Shown: piece by piece, positions 54,220-64,000 of the stretch
Position numbering within the stretch: the first letter of the stretch is position 1
Layout of the letters: the number at the start of each line of letters is the position of its first letter
NCBI GenBank assembly: GCA_963664015.2
Contig: CAXXLF010000002.1
Span: 1,344,001 to 1,408,000, forward strand
Source: Candidatus Binatia bacterium
GTDB taxonomy: Bacteria > Desulfobacterota > Binatia > UBA9968 > CAXXLF01
Length of the DNA: 64,000 bases
Reading direction: 5' to 3'
The notes under the pieces: model-generated
Databases searched by the model: none
What the model saw: only the letters and a program-made list of their open reading frames with translations
Told to the model about the DNA's origin: nothing
Translations under genes and position numbers: made by a program

Positions 54220-54513
54220 TTAAACGGTAGGAGTAGCCACCGGCTCTGCCTCTACGGCAACAGCCCGCTCCAGGACCCGACGGACGCGCCAACGCTTGTC
54301 ACGGCTCATGGGTCGACATTCCACAATCAATACGCGGTCCCCGATATGACATTCGTTTTTCTCGTCGTGTGCCTTAACGGTGGTCCGGCGTTTGAGGTAT
54401 TTTTTGTATTTCGGGTGAATGACGATCCGACCAATGGTTACCACCACGGTCTTATGCATACGATTGCTCGCCACCACACCTTCACGTTCTTTTTTCAATC
54501 CTGCCTGATTCAT
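54220..54513 (-). CDS. rpsQ: 30S ribosomal protein S17
   Basis: HPKYKK, KAHDE, ECRPMSRDKRW. Confidence 0.98.
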   Translation of the reverse strand: MNQAGLKKEREGVVASNRMHKTVVVTIGRIVIHPKYKKYLKRRTTVKAHDEKNECHIGDRVLIVECRPMSRDKRWRVRRVLERAVAVEAEPVATPTV

Positions 54514-54722
54514 TTCGAATTCGCCTCGACACCGGATATTGTTTTTTCTCTCAAGATAGTTTCCAAACGCGCAAGGTCGCGTCTGGCCTGCCTCATCTTC
54601 ATGGAGTTTTCCAGCCTTCCCGCAGCCCGGTTCAGCCGCAGATGGAATTTTTGCTCCTTGAGTTCACGCCGCTTCGCCGCCAACTCATCCACATTCATCT
54701 CACGAAATTCCTTGGCATCCAT
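54510..54722 (-). CDS. rpmC: 50S ribosomal protein L29
   Basis: FHLRL, RRDLARLETILRE; synteny. Confidence 0.96.
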   Translation of the reverse strand: MDAKEFREMNVDELAAKRRELKEQKFHLRLNRAAGRLENSMKMRQARRDLARLETILREKTISGVEANSK

Positions 54723-54724
54723 GA

Positions 54725-55135
54725 TCATACTCCCCGGTGCACGAAATGCGTGATTACAGAAATCTTGTGCGAGGCCAGGCGAAAAGCTTCACGGGCCACC
54801 TCCGCCTGCACACCTTCCATTTCAAATAGGATCTTCCCCGGCTTGATCACGGCAACCCAAAGCTCCAGAGCACCCTTCCCTTTACCCATACGGGTCTCGG
54901 CGGGCTTCTTTGTCAGCGGTTTGTCAGGGAACACGCGACACCAGACTTTACCGCCGCGTTTAAGAAAACGGGTCAACGCCACACGAGCCGCCTCGATCTC
55001 CCGGGCACTGATCCAACCCCGCTCCATGGCCTTTAAACCAAAATCGCCAAAAGAGAGAGAAGAGCCCCTCATGGCCATCCCGGCTCTGCGACCCTTTTGC
55101 ATTTTACGGTATTTAACTTTCTTTGGTTCTAACAT
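54725..55135 (-). CDS. rplP: 50S ribosomal protein L16
   Basis: [17 protein letters not shown]. Confidence 0.99.
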   Translation of the reverse strand: MLEPKKVKYRKMQKGRRAGMAMRGSSLSFGDFGLKAMERGWISAREIEAARVALTRFLKRGGKVWCRVFPDKPLTKKPAETRMGKGKGALELWVAVIKPGKILFEMEGVQAEVAREAFRLASHKISVITHFVHRGV

Positions 55136-55145
55136 ATTAAAAGCT

Positions 55146-55218
55146 CCGAGTACCGAACCCTGAGGACTGGGTCTCCGCTCTCATGACTCATCGCTCAGCA
55201 CTTGTAACTCAGTACTGG
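55146..55218. repeat. Inverted heptamer-repeat stem between rpsC and rplP
   Basis: GAGTACC-GAACCCT-GAGGACT, spacer, CTCATGA-CTCATCG-CTCAGCA-CTTGTAA-CTCAGTA; same family as 6638-6668. Confidence 0.75.
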
Positions 55219-55222
55219 GTGG

Positions 55223-55885
55223 CTATGTTCCCAATGCAGCCTTCTGCTGCTCTTCCTCCTCCGTAAGCACCTCGCCACGGAAGATCCATACCTTGACCCC
55301 AATGACACCGTAGGTGGTCTGGGACTCGGCCAAACCGTAGCTTATGTCGGCACGCAGAGTATGCAGGGGGACTCGTCCTTCGCGATACCAATTGGTACGA
55401 GCAATTTCTGCCCCACCCAATCTCCCCGAGCATTGAACCCGTATCCCCTGCGCGCCCATGCGCAACGCACGGGATACGCTTTCCTTCATGGCTCGACGAA
55501 AAGCCACACGCCTCTGCAACTGCAAGGCGACGTTTTCCGCCACAAGTTGGGCATCCAGATCGGGCCGGCGCACCTCGTGAATATTGATATAGATCTCTCC
55601 ACCCACCAACTGACCGAGCTCTTCCTTCAGTTTTTCAATCTCGGCGCCCTTCTTCCCGATAACAATCCCCGGACGCGCCGTATGGATGTTGACCTTTGCC
55701 TTATTGGTAGCCCTTTCGATCTCGATTTTGGAAATTCCAGCGTGATAGAGCCGTTGCTTCAAAAACTTCTTGATCTTTAAATCCTCATGCAACAGACGCG
55801 CATAATCTCGGCCTGCGTACCACTTGGAATCCCACGTATCGATCACCCCGATACGAAAAAGCTTTGGATGTGTTTTTTGGCCCAT
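55223..55885 (-). CDS. rpsC: 30S ribosomal protein S3
   Basis: [27 protein letters not shown]. Confidence 0.99.
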   Translation of the reverse strand: MGQKTHPKLFRIGVIDTWDSKWYAGRDYARLLHEDLKIKKFLKQRLYHAGISKIEIERATNKAKVNIHTARPGIVIGKKGAEIEKLKEELGQLVGGEIYINIHEVRRPDLDAQLVAENVALQLQRRVAFRRAMKESVSRALRMGAQGIRVQCSGRLGGAEIARTNWYREGRVPLHTLRADISYGLAESQTTYGVIGVKVWIFRGEVLTEEEEQQKAALGT

Positions 55886-55890
55886 ACCCG

Positions 55891-56226
55891 TTATATCCTC
55901 TCGTCAATAACCACCGTTACGTGGCTGAGGCGCTTCCTCACACGCGTGGCTCTTCCCTGAGCCCGTGGCATAAAGCGCTTCCACATGCCGCCCTCGTCTA
56001 CTTTGACCTGCTTTACGTAGAGACGGTCCACATCCACGCTTTGCGTGTTCTCCGCATTGGCAATCGCCGATCGGAGCAGCTTGGCCACAAGGGCCGCCGA
56101 ACGCTTGGGAGTAAATTTAAGGATGTTGAGCGCTACTTCAACTTCCTTACCACGGATCTGGTCCACCACGAGCCGCACCTTCTGGGGCGAAATCCGCTGG
56201 AACCTGGTCTTTGCTCGTGTCTCCAT
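55891..56226 (-). CDS. rplV: 50S ribosomal protein L22
   Basis: [21 protein letters not shown]. Confidence 0.99.
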   Translation of the reverse strand: METRAKTRFQRISPQKVRLVVDQIRGKEVEVALNILKFTPKRSAALVAKLLRSAIANAENTQSVDVDRLYVKQVKVDEGGMWKRFMPRAQGRATRVRKRLSHVTVVIDERI

Positions 56227-56237
56227 AACCGGGCTCC

Positions 56238-56525
56238 CTACCCCATCCCCTTTGATTTCCCCTTGCGGTCTCCCGCATGCCCGTAATGCACTCGCGTCGG
56301 GGAGAACTCACCTAGTTTATGCCCGACCATATTCTCGGTAATATATACGGGCACAAACTTCTTACCATTATGCACAGCGATGGTGTGGCCAATCATGTCC
56401 GGCGTCACCGTCGACCGCCGCGACCAGGTCTTGAGCACCTTTCGGTTTCCACTGTTATTCATGGACTCGATCCGCTTGCTCAAGTGGTCGTCAACGAAGG
56501 GTCCTTTTTTAACTGAACGTGGCAT
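56238..56525 (-). CDS. rpsS: 30S ribosomal protein S19
   Basis: KKGPFVD, TWSRRS, GHKLGEF. Confidence 0.99.
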   Translation of the reverse strand: MPRSVKKGPFVDDHLSKRIESMNNSGNRKVLKTWSRRSTVTPDMIGHTIAVHNGKKFVPVYITENMVGHKLGEFSPTRVHYGHAGDRKGKSKGMG

Positions 56526-56528
56526 GGA

Positions 56529-57353
56529 TCAGGCCTTTCCCCGTCTTCTAACAATATATTTGTCCGATGCGTGGGACTTCCGCGTCTTAAAACCCTTGGT
56601 CGGTTTACCCCAAGGGGTCATCGGATGGTTTCCCTTTGAACGCCCCTCGCCTCCGCCGTGTGGGTGGTCGACCGGATTCATAGCCACACCGCGGGTCACC
56701 GGCCGCCGTTGCATCCAACGGACCCTTCCGGCTTTACCTATGGTGACATTTTCGTGTTCCAGGTTGCCCACCTGTCCGATAGTGGCTCGGCATTCCACCC
56801 GAACTTTTCGAAGTTCACCGGAGGGCAGCTTCAGCAATGCATAGAACCCTTCTTTGGCCATCAACTGGGCACCGCCGCCGGCACTTCGTACCAGTTGGCC
56901 CCCCTTGCCGATCTTCAGCTCGATATTGTGGATCACCGTACCCACAGGGATAAATTTCAACGGCAAGGAATTCCCCGGTTTGATATCGACTCCCTCGTTC
57001 CCGGTAATAATCGAATCTCCACGTTGAAGTTTATCCGGCGCCAGGATGTAGCGTTTCTCACCATCAGCGTAGCAGAGCAGCGCGATCCGCGCCGAACGGT
57101 TGGGATCGTACTCGACGGCCTCGACCCGTGCTGGGATGAACTTGTCACGCCTGAAATCGATGACCCGGTATAGGCGCCTGTGCCCACCTCCTCGATGGGC
57201 GGTGGTCATCCTCCCCCTGTTATTCCGACCCCCACTTCGCCCCAGTGACTCGATCAGCGCTTTCTCCGGTTTCGTCTTCGTGATTTCTTCGAAGGTGAAT
57301 CCGGTCGCGAGACGTCTGCCGGGAGTTGTCGGCTTGTATCTTTTAATTCCCAT
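56529..57353 (-). CDS. rplB: 50S ribosomal protein L2
   Basis: [22 protein letters not shown]. Confidence 0.99.
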   Translation of the reverse strand: MGIKRYKPTTPGRRLATGFTFEEITKTKPEKALIESLGRSGGRNNRGRMTTAHRGGGHRRLYRVIDFRRDKFIPARVEAVEYDPNRSARIALLCYADGEKRYILAPDKLQRGDSIITGNEGVDIKPGNSLPLKFIPVGTVIHNIELKIGKGGQLVRSAGGGAQLMAKEGFYALLKLPSGELRKVRVECRATIGQVGNLEHENVTIGKAGRVRWMQRRPVTRGVAMNPVDHPHGGGEGRSKGNHPMTPWGKPTKGFKTRKSHASDKYIVRRRGKA

Positions 57354-57396
57354 TATTCTTCATCCTTAGACATTCGGGGTCACTCCTTGAAACGCT

Positions 57397-57687
57397 CTAG
57401 GCACCTCCAAAGAAGTCTATTTTGTCTCCCTCTTTGAGGGTGACATAGGCCTTTTTCCACTGGGGTAAGCGTCCCATGCTCTTGCCCACACGTCGGATTT
57501 TACCCAGATACCGGTTGACTCGTACTTTAAGAACCGTAACTTTGAATAGCTCCTCTACGGCCTTTTTAATTTCGATCTTGTTGGCGTCAGGGCGCACCTT
57601 GAACAGCACCTGATTGGATGACTCGGCGAGCTGAGAGCCTTTCTCCGTAATCAGAGGCGCTTGGATGATGTCGACTGACTCCCTCAT
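57397..57687 (-). CDS. rplW: 50S ribosomal protein L23
   Basis: PLITEK, ANKIEIKKAVE, WKKAYVTL. Confidence 0.98.
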   Translation of the reverse strand: MRESVDIIQAPLITEKGSQLAESSNQVLFKVRPDANKIEIKKAVEELFKVTVLKVRVNRYLGKIRRVGKSMGRLPQWKKAYVTLKEGDKIDFFGGA

Positions 57688-57761
57688 TGGGTCACCTTCA
57701 AACCTGAATCTACTCGCAGGGCCAAACCCAGCACTATAGAACACACATCTAGCGCCATCGT

Positions 57762-58385
57762 TTACTCCTTGACCTCAGCCTTTCCCTGGCTCGGGGCCAG
57801 CCTTTCCCCAATGGCTTTCAGCGCCCCTTCCGTCAGGATCAAATGCTTGTATCGAAGGATATCGTAGACATTCAACCCTGCAACGCGGAGCACCTTGACT
57901 GCCGGCAGGTTACGCGCCGAGCGCTCGATTTTTTCGTTTGCCGCTTCAATGACGATAAGAGCGCTGGCCACCCCAAGATCCTGGAGGGCCTTGTGCATAA
58001 TCTTAGTTTTGATTTCCTCGGGTTCCAGTTTGGCAACAACAATACAATGCCCCTCGTGGACTCGGAGACTCAAAGCCGTCATCAAGGCTTCTCTACGTGC
58101 CTTCTTGGGCAGTCGATAGCTGTAATCCCGGGGCAGCGGGCCAAACGTGATTCCCCCACCGGTCCAGATTGGAGAACGAACGCTTCCAACTCGGGCCCGG
58201 CCGGTTCCTTTTTGACGCCAGGGTTTTCTTCCGCTGCCTTGGACCATCCCTCGTGTTTTGGTCGACGCAGTCCCTGCTCGGCGGCTGTTACGCTGCATGA
58301 GCACGGCCTGATGCAAGAGAAACGGTCTGATCTTGACACCGAAGATACTCTCCTGCAGCTGGGGCTGTACCACCGTGACTTCCAT
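57762..58385 (-). CDS. rplD: 50S ribosomal protein L4
   Basis: GTASTKTR, KPWRQKGTGRAR, SARNLP. Confidence 0.98.
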   Translation of the reverse strand: MEVTVVQPQLQESIFGVKIRPFLLHQAVLMQRNSRRAGTASTKTRGMVQGSGRKPWRQKGTGRARVGSVRSPIWTGGGITFGPLPRDYSYRLPKKARREALMTALSLRVHEGHCIVVAKLEPEEIKTKIMHKALQDLGVASALIVIEAANEKIERSARNLPAVKVLRVAGLNVYDILRYKHLILTEGALKAIGERLAPSQGKAEVKE

Positions 58386-58387
58386 CT

Positions 58388-59023
58388 CTACTTTCCTTTC
58401 ACTGCCCGGCGAATCAGAACGATGCCCCTCTTTGCGCCAGGGACCGCGCCCCTGACCAACAAAAGATTGTTGTCCACACGGATGTCAATGACTTCAAGGT
58501 TTTGAACCGATACTCTTTCATTGCCGTATTGGCCTGCCATCTTTTTCCCTTTAAATACCTTTCCCGGATAAGAGCGATTTCCGATGGAACCCCCGTGGCG
58601 AAAATACTCGTGGGTCCCGTGGGAGCCCGGGAATCCAGCGAAGTTCCAACGCTTCATCACCCCGGAAAAGCCCCTACCCTTAGAGGTCCCGGTCACATCA
58701 ATGAGGTCTCCGGTCTGGAAGAGGTCAGAGACCTTAATCTCCTGACCGACCTCGTAAGATGCGGAATCCTCGAAGCGAAACTCGCGCAAAATCCCAAAAG
58801 CGCCTTTACCCGCTTTGCCCACATGGCCCTGCTCGGGCTTGTTAACCCGCTGGGGCTTTTTGGGGCCGTAACCCAGTTGCAAGGCCTCATAGCCGTCTGT
58901 ATCGGCGGCCTTTTTCTGAATGACAACGCAGGGACCAGCTTCAATGACAGTCACGGGAACAAGACTGCCATCGGCTCTGAAGATTTGGGTCATCCCAATT
59001 TTTTTTCCGATTAAACCGGTCAT
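58388..59023 (-). CDS. rplC: 50S ribosomal protein L3
   Basis: [29 protein letters not shown]. Confidence 0.99.
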   Translation of the reverse strand: MTGLIGKKIGMTQIFRADGSLVPVTVIEAGPCVVIQKKAADTDGYEALQLGYGPKKPQRVNKPEQGHVGKAGKGAFGILREFRFEDSASYEVGQEIKVSDLFQTGDLIDVTGTSKGRGFSGVMKRWNFAGFPGSHGTHEYFRHGGSIGNRSYPGKVFKGKKMAGQYGNERVSVQNLEVIDIRVDNNLLLVRGAVPGAKRGIVLIRRAVKGK

Positions 59024-59057
59024 ATAAGCATCTTTGATTTTAGATTTTAGGTTTCTC

Positions 59058-59366
59058 TCACTGTAATTTTATTTCCACATCCACACCCGCAGCCAAGTCC
59101 AGCTTTCCTAGCGCATCGATGGTCTGCTGAGTCGGCTCCAGGATGTCCAGGAGTCGCTTATGGGTGCGAATCTCGAACTGTTCCCTGGACTTCTTGTCTA
59201 CGTGGGGAGACCGGTTAACCGTGAAGCGTTCGATCCGTGTGGGCAGGGGGATAGGACCCGCAACCCTCCCACCGGTTCGTCTCACGGTCTCAACAATCTC
59301 TCCAACGGACTGGTCTAGGACCCGATAGTCGTAAGCTTTGAGTCGAATTCGTATCTTTTCGTTCAC
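59058..59366 (-). CDS. rpsJ: 30S ribosomal protein S10
   Basis: [30 protein letters not shown]. Confidence 0.99.
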   Translation of the reverse strand: MNEKIRIRLKAYDYRVLDQSVGEIVETVRRTGGRVAGPIPLPTRIERFTVNRSPHVDKKSREQFEIRTHKRLLDILEPTQQTIDALGKLDLAAGVDVEIKLQ

Positions 59367-59392
59367 TGCAAATCCTCAATCGTAACCCGCCG

Positions 59393-61474
59393 TTAAGCTC
59401 CGGCGGCTTTGGCACTAATTTCCTCAGAGATGGCCGCAGGCACCTGATCATAATGGACGAACTGCATCGTGTAGTTCGCCCGCCCCTGGGTCATGGACCG
59501 TAAATCCGTAGCGTAACCAAACATTTCCGACAAGGGCACTTGAGATTGGATCACCTGGGCCGAGGAACGAGGCTCCATCCCCAGGACCTTGCCCCGGCGT
59601 GAGTTGATGTCACCAATCACGTCCCCCATAAACTCCTGCGGAACCACCACCTCCACTGCCATAACAGGCTCCAACAAAACGGGTCGCGCCCTGTGCGTCG
59701 CCGCCTTAAAGGCCATCGAACCGGCGATCTTAAAGGCGATTTCGGAAGAGTCAACCTCATGATAGCTGCCGTCGATCAGCTTGACGCCCACATCAACCAT
59801 GGGATAGCCCGCCATGGTACCGACCTCCATGGCCTCGCGGATACCCTTCTCCACAGCCGGGATATATTCCCTGGGAATGTTCCCTCCCTTGACGGCATCC
59901 ACAAACAGGAAACCTTCCCCCGGAGCTCTCGGCTCAACTATGATCACCACATGCCCATACTGACCTCGGCCGCCAGTCTGGCGTATAAACTTGTGCTCCT
60001 GCTCCACCGACTTGCGGATGGTCTCTTTATAAGCAACCTGAGGCCGCCCGACGTTGGCACCGACACTAAACTCCCTAAGTAGCCGGTCCACAATTATCTC
60101 GAGGTGCAGCTCTCCCATTCCGGAGATAATGGTCTGTCCGGTCTCCTCGTCGGTACGGACCCTGAAGGAGGGATCCTCCTTAGCGAGTTTCTGCAATGAG
60201 CCCCCCAGCCTTTCCTGATCCATTTTACTCTTGGGCTCAATAGCAATGGAGATGACGGGATCGGGGAACTCTATGGCTTCGAGAATAATAGGGGAGGATT
60301 CGTCACAGAGGGTATCCCCCGTGGTTGCGGTCTTGAGACCTACCGCAGCGGCGATATCGCCGGCGTAGACTTCCTTGATCTCCTCCCGCTTGTTCGCGTG
60401 CATCTTCAGGATACGCCCGACCCTCTCTGTTCGGTCCTTGCCCGAATTGTAAACATAGGAGCCTGCAGCCAGGACGCCCGAGTAAACCCGGAAAAAGGCC
60501 AGGGTCCCCACAAATGGATCGGTCATTATCTTAAATGCCAAAGCCGAAAAGGGCGCATCGTCACTAGCCGGACGTTGCTCGGTCTCACGAGAGACAGTAT
60601 GAATTCCCTCCACCGGCGGCACGTCCAAAGGAGAGGGCAGATAGTCGACCACGGCATCCAACAAGGGCTGCACCCCCTTGTTGCGAAAGGCCGCACCGCA
60701 TACGACCGGGACAAGCTCCAGCTTGAGACCGGACTTACGAATGGCCCGGCGCAGATCATCCTCGCCAATCTCCTCACCCGCAAGATATCGTTCCATGATG
60801 GGCTCATCGAAGTCGGCCACCGACTCTAACAGCTTTTCGCGGTATTCCTCCGCCTGGGCTTTAGCGTCATCGGGGATCTCGGTGGTCGTAAAATTAGCTC
60901 CCAATTCAGCCTCGTCCCATACAAGGGCTTTCATCCGCACCAGATCAATAACCCCCACAAATGCATCTTCGGCGCCTATAGGGATCTGCAGCGCCAGCGG
61001 CTTGGCTCCCAGGCGATCTTTCATCATCTGGAGCACCCTGTAGTAATCGGCGCCGACGCGATCCATTTTGTTGACAAAGGCGATCCGGGGAACCTTATAC
61101 TTATCCGCCTGGCGCCACACGGTTTCCGACTGGGGCTCAACCCCTGCCACCGAATCAAAGACGGCCACGGCACCATCCAGGACCCTGAGCGATCTCTCCA
61201 CCTCAATAGTAAAATCCACATGGCCTGGGGTATCGATGATGTTAACTCGATGTTCGTTCCACATGCAGGTCGTTGCAGCGGAGGTGATTGTAATGCCGCG
61301 CTCCTGTTCCTGCTGCATCCAGTCCATGGTGGCCGTACCGTCGTGGACCTCACCGATTTTGTACGTGATCCCCGTATAATAGAGGATCCGCTCCGTCGTC
61401 GTGGTTTTACCAGCGTCGATGTGGGCCATAATCCCGATATTACGGGTTTTATCTAATGCGACCTGCCTAGCCAT
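59393..61474 (-). CDS. fusA: Elongation factor G
   Basis: [27 protein letters not shown]. Confidence 0.99.
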   Translation of the reverse strand: MARQVALDKTRNIGIMAHIDAGKTTTTERILYYTGITYKIGEVHDGTATMDWMQQEQERGITITSAATTCMWNEHRVNIIDTPGHVDFTIEVERSLRVLDGAVAVFDSVAGVEPQSETVWRQADKYKVPRIAFVNKMDRVGADYYRVLQMMKDRLGAKPLALQIPIGAEDAFVGVIDLVRMKALVWDEAELGANFTTTEIPDDAKAQAEEYREKLLESVADFDEPIMERYLAGEEIGEDDLRRAIRKSGLKLELVPVVCGAAFRNKGVQPLLDAVVDYLPSPLDVPPVEGIHTVSRETEQRPASDDAPFSALAFKIMTDPFVGTLAFFRVYSGVLAAGSYVYNSGKDRTERVGRILKMHANKREEIKEVYAGDIAAAVGLKTATTGDTLCDESSPIILEAIEFPDPVISIAIEPKSKMDQERLGGSLQKLAKEDPSFRVRTDEETGQTIISGMGELHLEIIVDRLLREFSVGANVGRPQVAYKETIRKSVEQEHKFIRQTGGRGQYGHVVIIVEPRAPGEGFLFVDAVKGGNIPREYIPAVEKGIREAMEVGTMAGYPMVDVGVKLIDGSYHEVDSSEIAFKIAGSMAFKAATHRARPVLLEPVMAVEVVVPQEFMGDVIGDINSRRGKVLGMEPRSSAQVIQSQVPLSEMFGYATDLRSMTQGRANYTMQFVHYDQVPAAISEEISAKAAGA

Positions 61475-61489
61475 AACACTTTATCGAGG

Positions 61490-61520
61490 AAAAAAAGGAG
61501 GCGGTTCGACCGCCTCCTTT
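61490..61520 (-). terminator. Intrinsic terminator-like hairpin between rpsG and fusA
   Basis: Minus strand AAAGGAGGCGGT-CGA-ACCGCCTCC-TTTTTTT. Confidence 0.75.
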
Positions 61521-61556
61521 GTCTTCCCCTGTCTTTCGCAAAATCCTTAGAGTCTC

Positions 61557-62404
<848 letters not shown>

Positions 62405-62452
62405 AGCAAAATTACAACCAGTCTAGCTGTCTCCCTTTCTAGGCAATCCCGC

Positions 62453-62482
62453 AATGTACAGGGAAAACCTATGGAATGTCAA
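62453..62482 (-). promoter_or_regulatory. Sigma70 promoter of the str operon
   Basis: Minus strand TTGACA-18 nt-TACATT just after the rpoC stop. Confidence 0.65.
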
Positions 62483-62487
62483 CAAAG

Positions 62488-64000
62488 TCAGGCCACCTCA
62501 GAATCAGTAATTAACGTTTCTTCTAATTCGGGTTCCTCTACCTCGAGTTCTGTGCTGGCATATTCGGCCAAGCCGGTTCCCACCGGAATCAATTTCCCCA
62601 TGATAACGTTCTCTTTTAGACCGATTAGGGGATCGACTTTTCCCTGGATGGCTGCCTCGGTCAGAACCTTGGTAGTTTCCTGGAAGGAAGCCGCCGAGAT
62701 AAAGCTACCGGTGGAAAGCGAGGCTTTGGTGATACCGAGGAGGAGAGGCTCAGCCACAGCGGGCTTTCCCTGCTTTGCCATGACCCTTTGGTTTTCCTCT
62801 TCAAAAAACCACTTCTCCGCCTGTTCTTCGATGAGAAAGTCCGTGTCACCGACCTCCTTGATACGCACCCGGCGCAGCATCTGCCGAACGATCACCTCGA
62901 TATGTTTATCGTTGATTCTTACGCCCTGAAGCCGGTAAATCTCCTGCACCTCATCGACGAGGTACTTGGCCAGGGCCTTTTCGCCCAGGATATTCAGAAT
63001 GTCATGGGGATTGGACGATCCCTGCATGAGGGCTTCCCCAGCCCGCACCCGGTCCGCCTCGTGAACACTGATATGCTTACCTTTTTGGATCAGGTATTCT
63101 CTGGGCTCGCCCACATCGGGGGTAACCACAACCTTTCGCTTGCCCTTGGTATCCTTTCCGAACGAAACCACCCCATCGATCTCGCTGATAACGGCAAACT
63201 CTTTCGGTTTGCGGGCCTCAAAGAGCTCTGCCACCCGGGGCAAGCCACCGGTGATATCCTTGGTCTTGGTGGTCTCCCGCGGGATCTTGGCCACCACGTC
63301 TCCTGCTGCAATTTCCTGCCCGTCATGGGCATGGAGATGGGCACCCACGGGTAAAAGGTACCGGGCCTCGGTGCTCTGGGACAGACGGCCGGTCTTTCCT
63401 TGTTTGTCCTTGATGGAGATCCGGGGACGCTTGTCCACGTCCTTGAAGTCGATGACGACCTTGGTAGATAACCCGGTGCGTTCATCCACCCGTTCCTCCA
63501 TGGTGGCACCTTCGATAATATCTCCGAACTTCACCACTCCGCTTATCTCGGTGATGATGGGAACCGAAAAAGGATCCCATTCGGCGAGCAACTCACCGAC
63601 CTTCACTTTACCGCCGTCCTTTTTCTTCAATTTGGCACCATAGACCACCGGGTAGCGCTCGCGCTCACGCTCTCTCCCCTTATCCTTACCCTCCGGATAG
63701 TCCACGATCGCCACTTCACCGTTCCGGGTCATGACTACAAAATCACCCGCCTTGTCGGCAACTACGTTGAGGTTGATATACTTAATGAAGCCATCATTAC
63801 GAGAATCAAGGGTCGTCTGCTCCGCCCTGCGGCTCGCAGTGCCACCGATGTGAAAGGTCCGCATGGTGAGCTGGGTCCCGGGTTCTCCGATGGACTGGGC
63901 CGCAACCACACCGATGGCTTCCCCGTGGTTGACCATGTGGCCACGGGCAAGGTCACGGCCGTAGCACATCACGCACACACCCCGCCTCGACTGACAAGTT
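62488..64000 (-). CDS. rpoC: RNA polymerase beta' subunit, C-terminal part (5' end outside window)
   Basis: [53 protein letters not shown]. Confidence 0.99.
   Translation of the reverse strand, partial: TCQSRRGVCVMCYGRDLARGHMVNHGEAIGVVAAQSIGEPGTQLTMRTFHIGGTASRRAEQTTLDSRNDGFIKYINLNVVADKAGDFVVMTRNGEVAIVDYPEGKDKGRERERERYPVVYGAKLKKKDGGKVKVGELLAEWDPFSVPIITEISGVVKFGDIIEGATMEERVDERTGLSTKVVIDFKDVDKRPRISIKDKQGKTGRLSQSTEARYLLPVGAHLHAHDGQEIAAGDVVAKIPRETTKTKDITGGLPRVAELFEARKPKEFAVISEIDGVVSFGKDTKGKRKVVVTPDVGEPREYLIQKGKHISVHEADRVRAGEALMQGSSNPHDILNILGEKALAKYLVDEVQEIYRLQGVRINDKHIEVIVRQMLRRVRIKEVGDTDFLIEEQAEKWFFEEENQRVMAKQGKPAVAEPLLLGITKASLSTGSFISAASFQETTKVLTEAAIQGKVDPLIGLKENVIMGKLIPVGTGLAEYASTELEVEEPELEETLITDSEVA

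Overview
Core-chromosome window of a GC-rich bacterium whose proteins look deltaproteobacterial (Binatota-like; taxonomy is inference). Left to right: truncated FadF/HdrD-like Fe-S oxidoreductase, IclR, transaldolase, Rrf2-trpE-trpG, VOC protein, YHS-folK-dapL, NYN/YacP nuclease, rhomboid, a disrupted DUF4124-like gene, initiator tRNA-Met, Nudix, aminotransferase-coaD-rsmD, Zn dehydrogenase, a peptidoglycan-recycling cluster (ldcA, serine hydrolase, mpl), a DUF507 pair, groES/EL, ffh-rpsP-khpA-rimM-trmD(fusion)-rplS, rarA, MFS, a disrupted DUF11 surface-protein gene, cupin, lptD, folC, trpABFCD, SPOR, argS, a kptA pseudogene, and the alpha/spc/S10/str ribosomal superoperon ending in partial rpoC. 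No prophage, CRISPR array or intact transposase is visible. The most unusual signals are non-coding: several families of 7-nt-periodic repeats forming inverted stems at gene junctions (including inside the ribosomal operons), a 4-copy palindromic MITE/REP-like element, a helically phased DnaA-box array in front of the DUF507 pair, a strong intrinsic terminator just before fusA, and a structured leader upstream of the Fe-S oxidoreductase. rpmD, tuf and accD are absent from their usual positions. All product calls come from motif recognition by eye, not from database searches.
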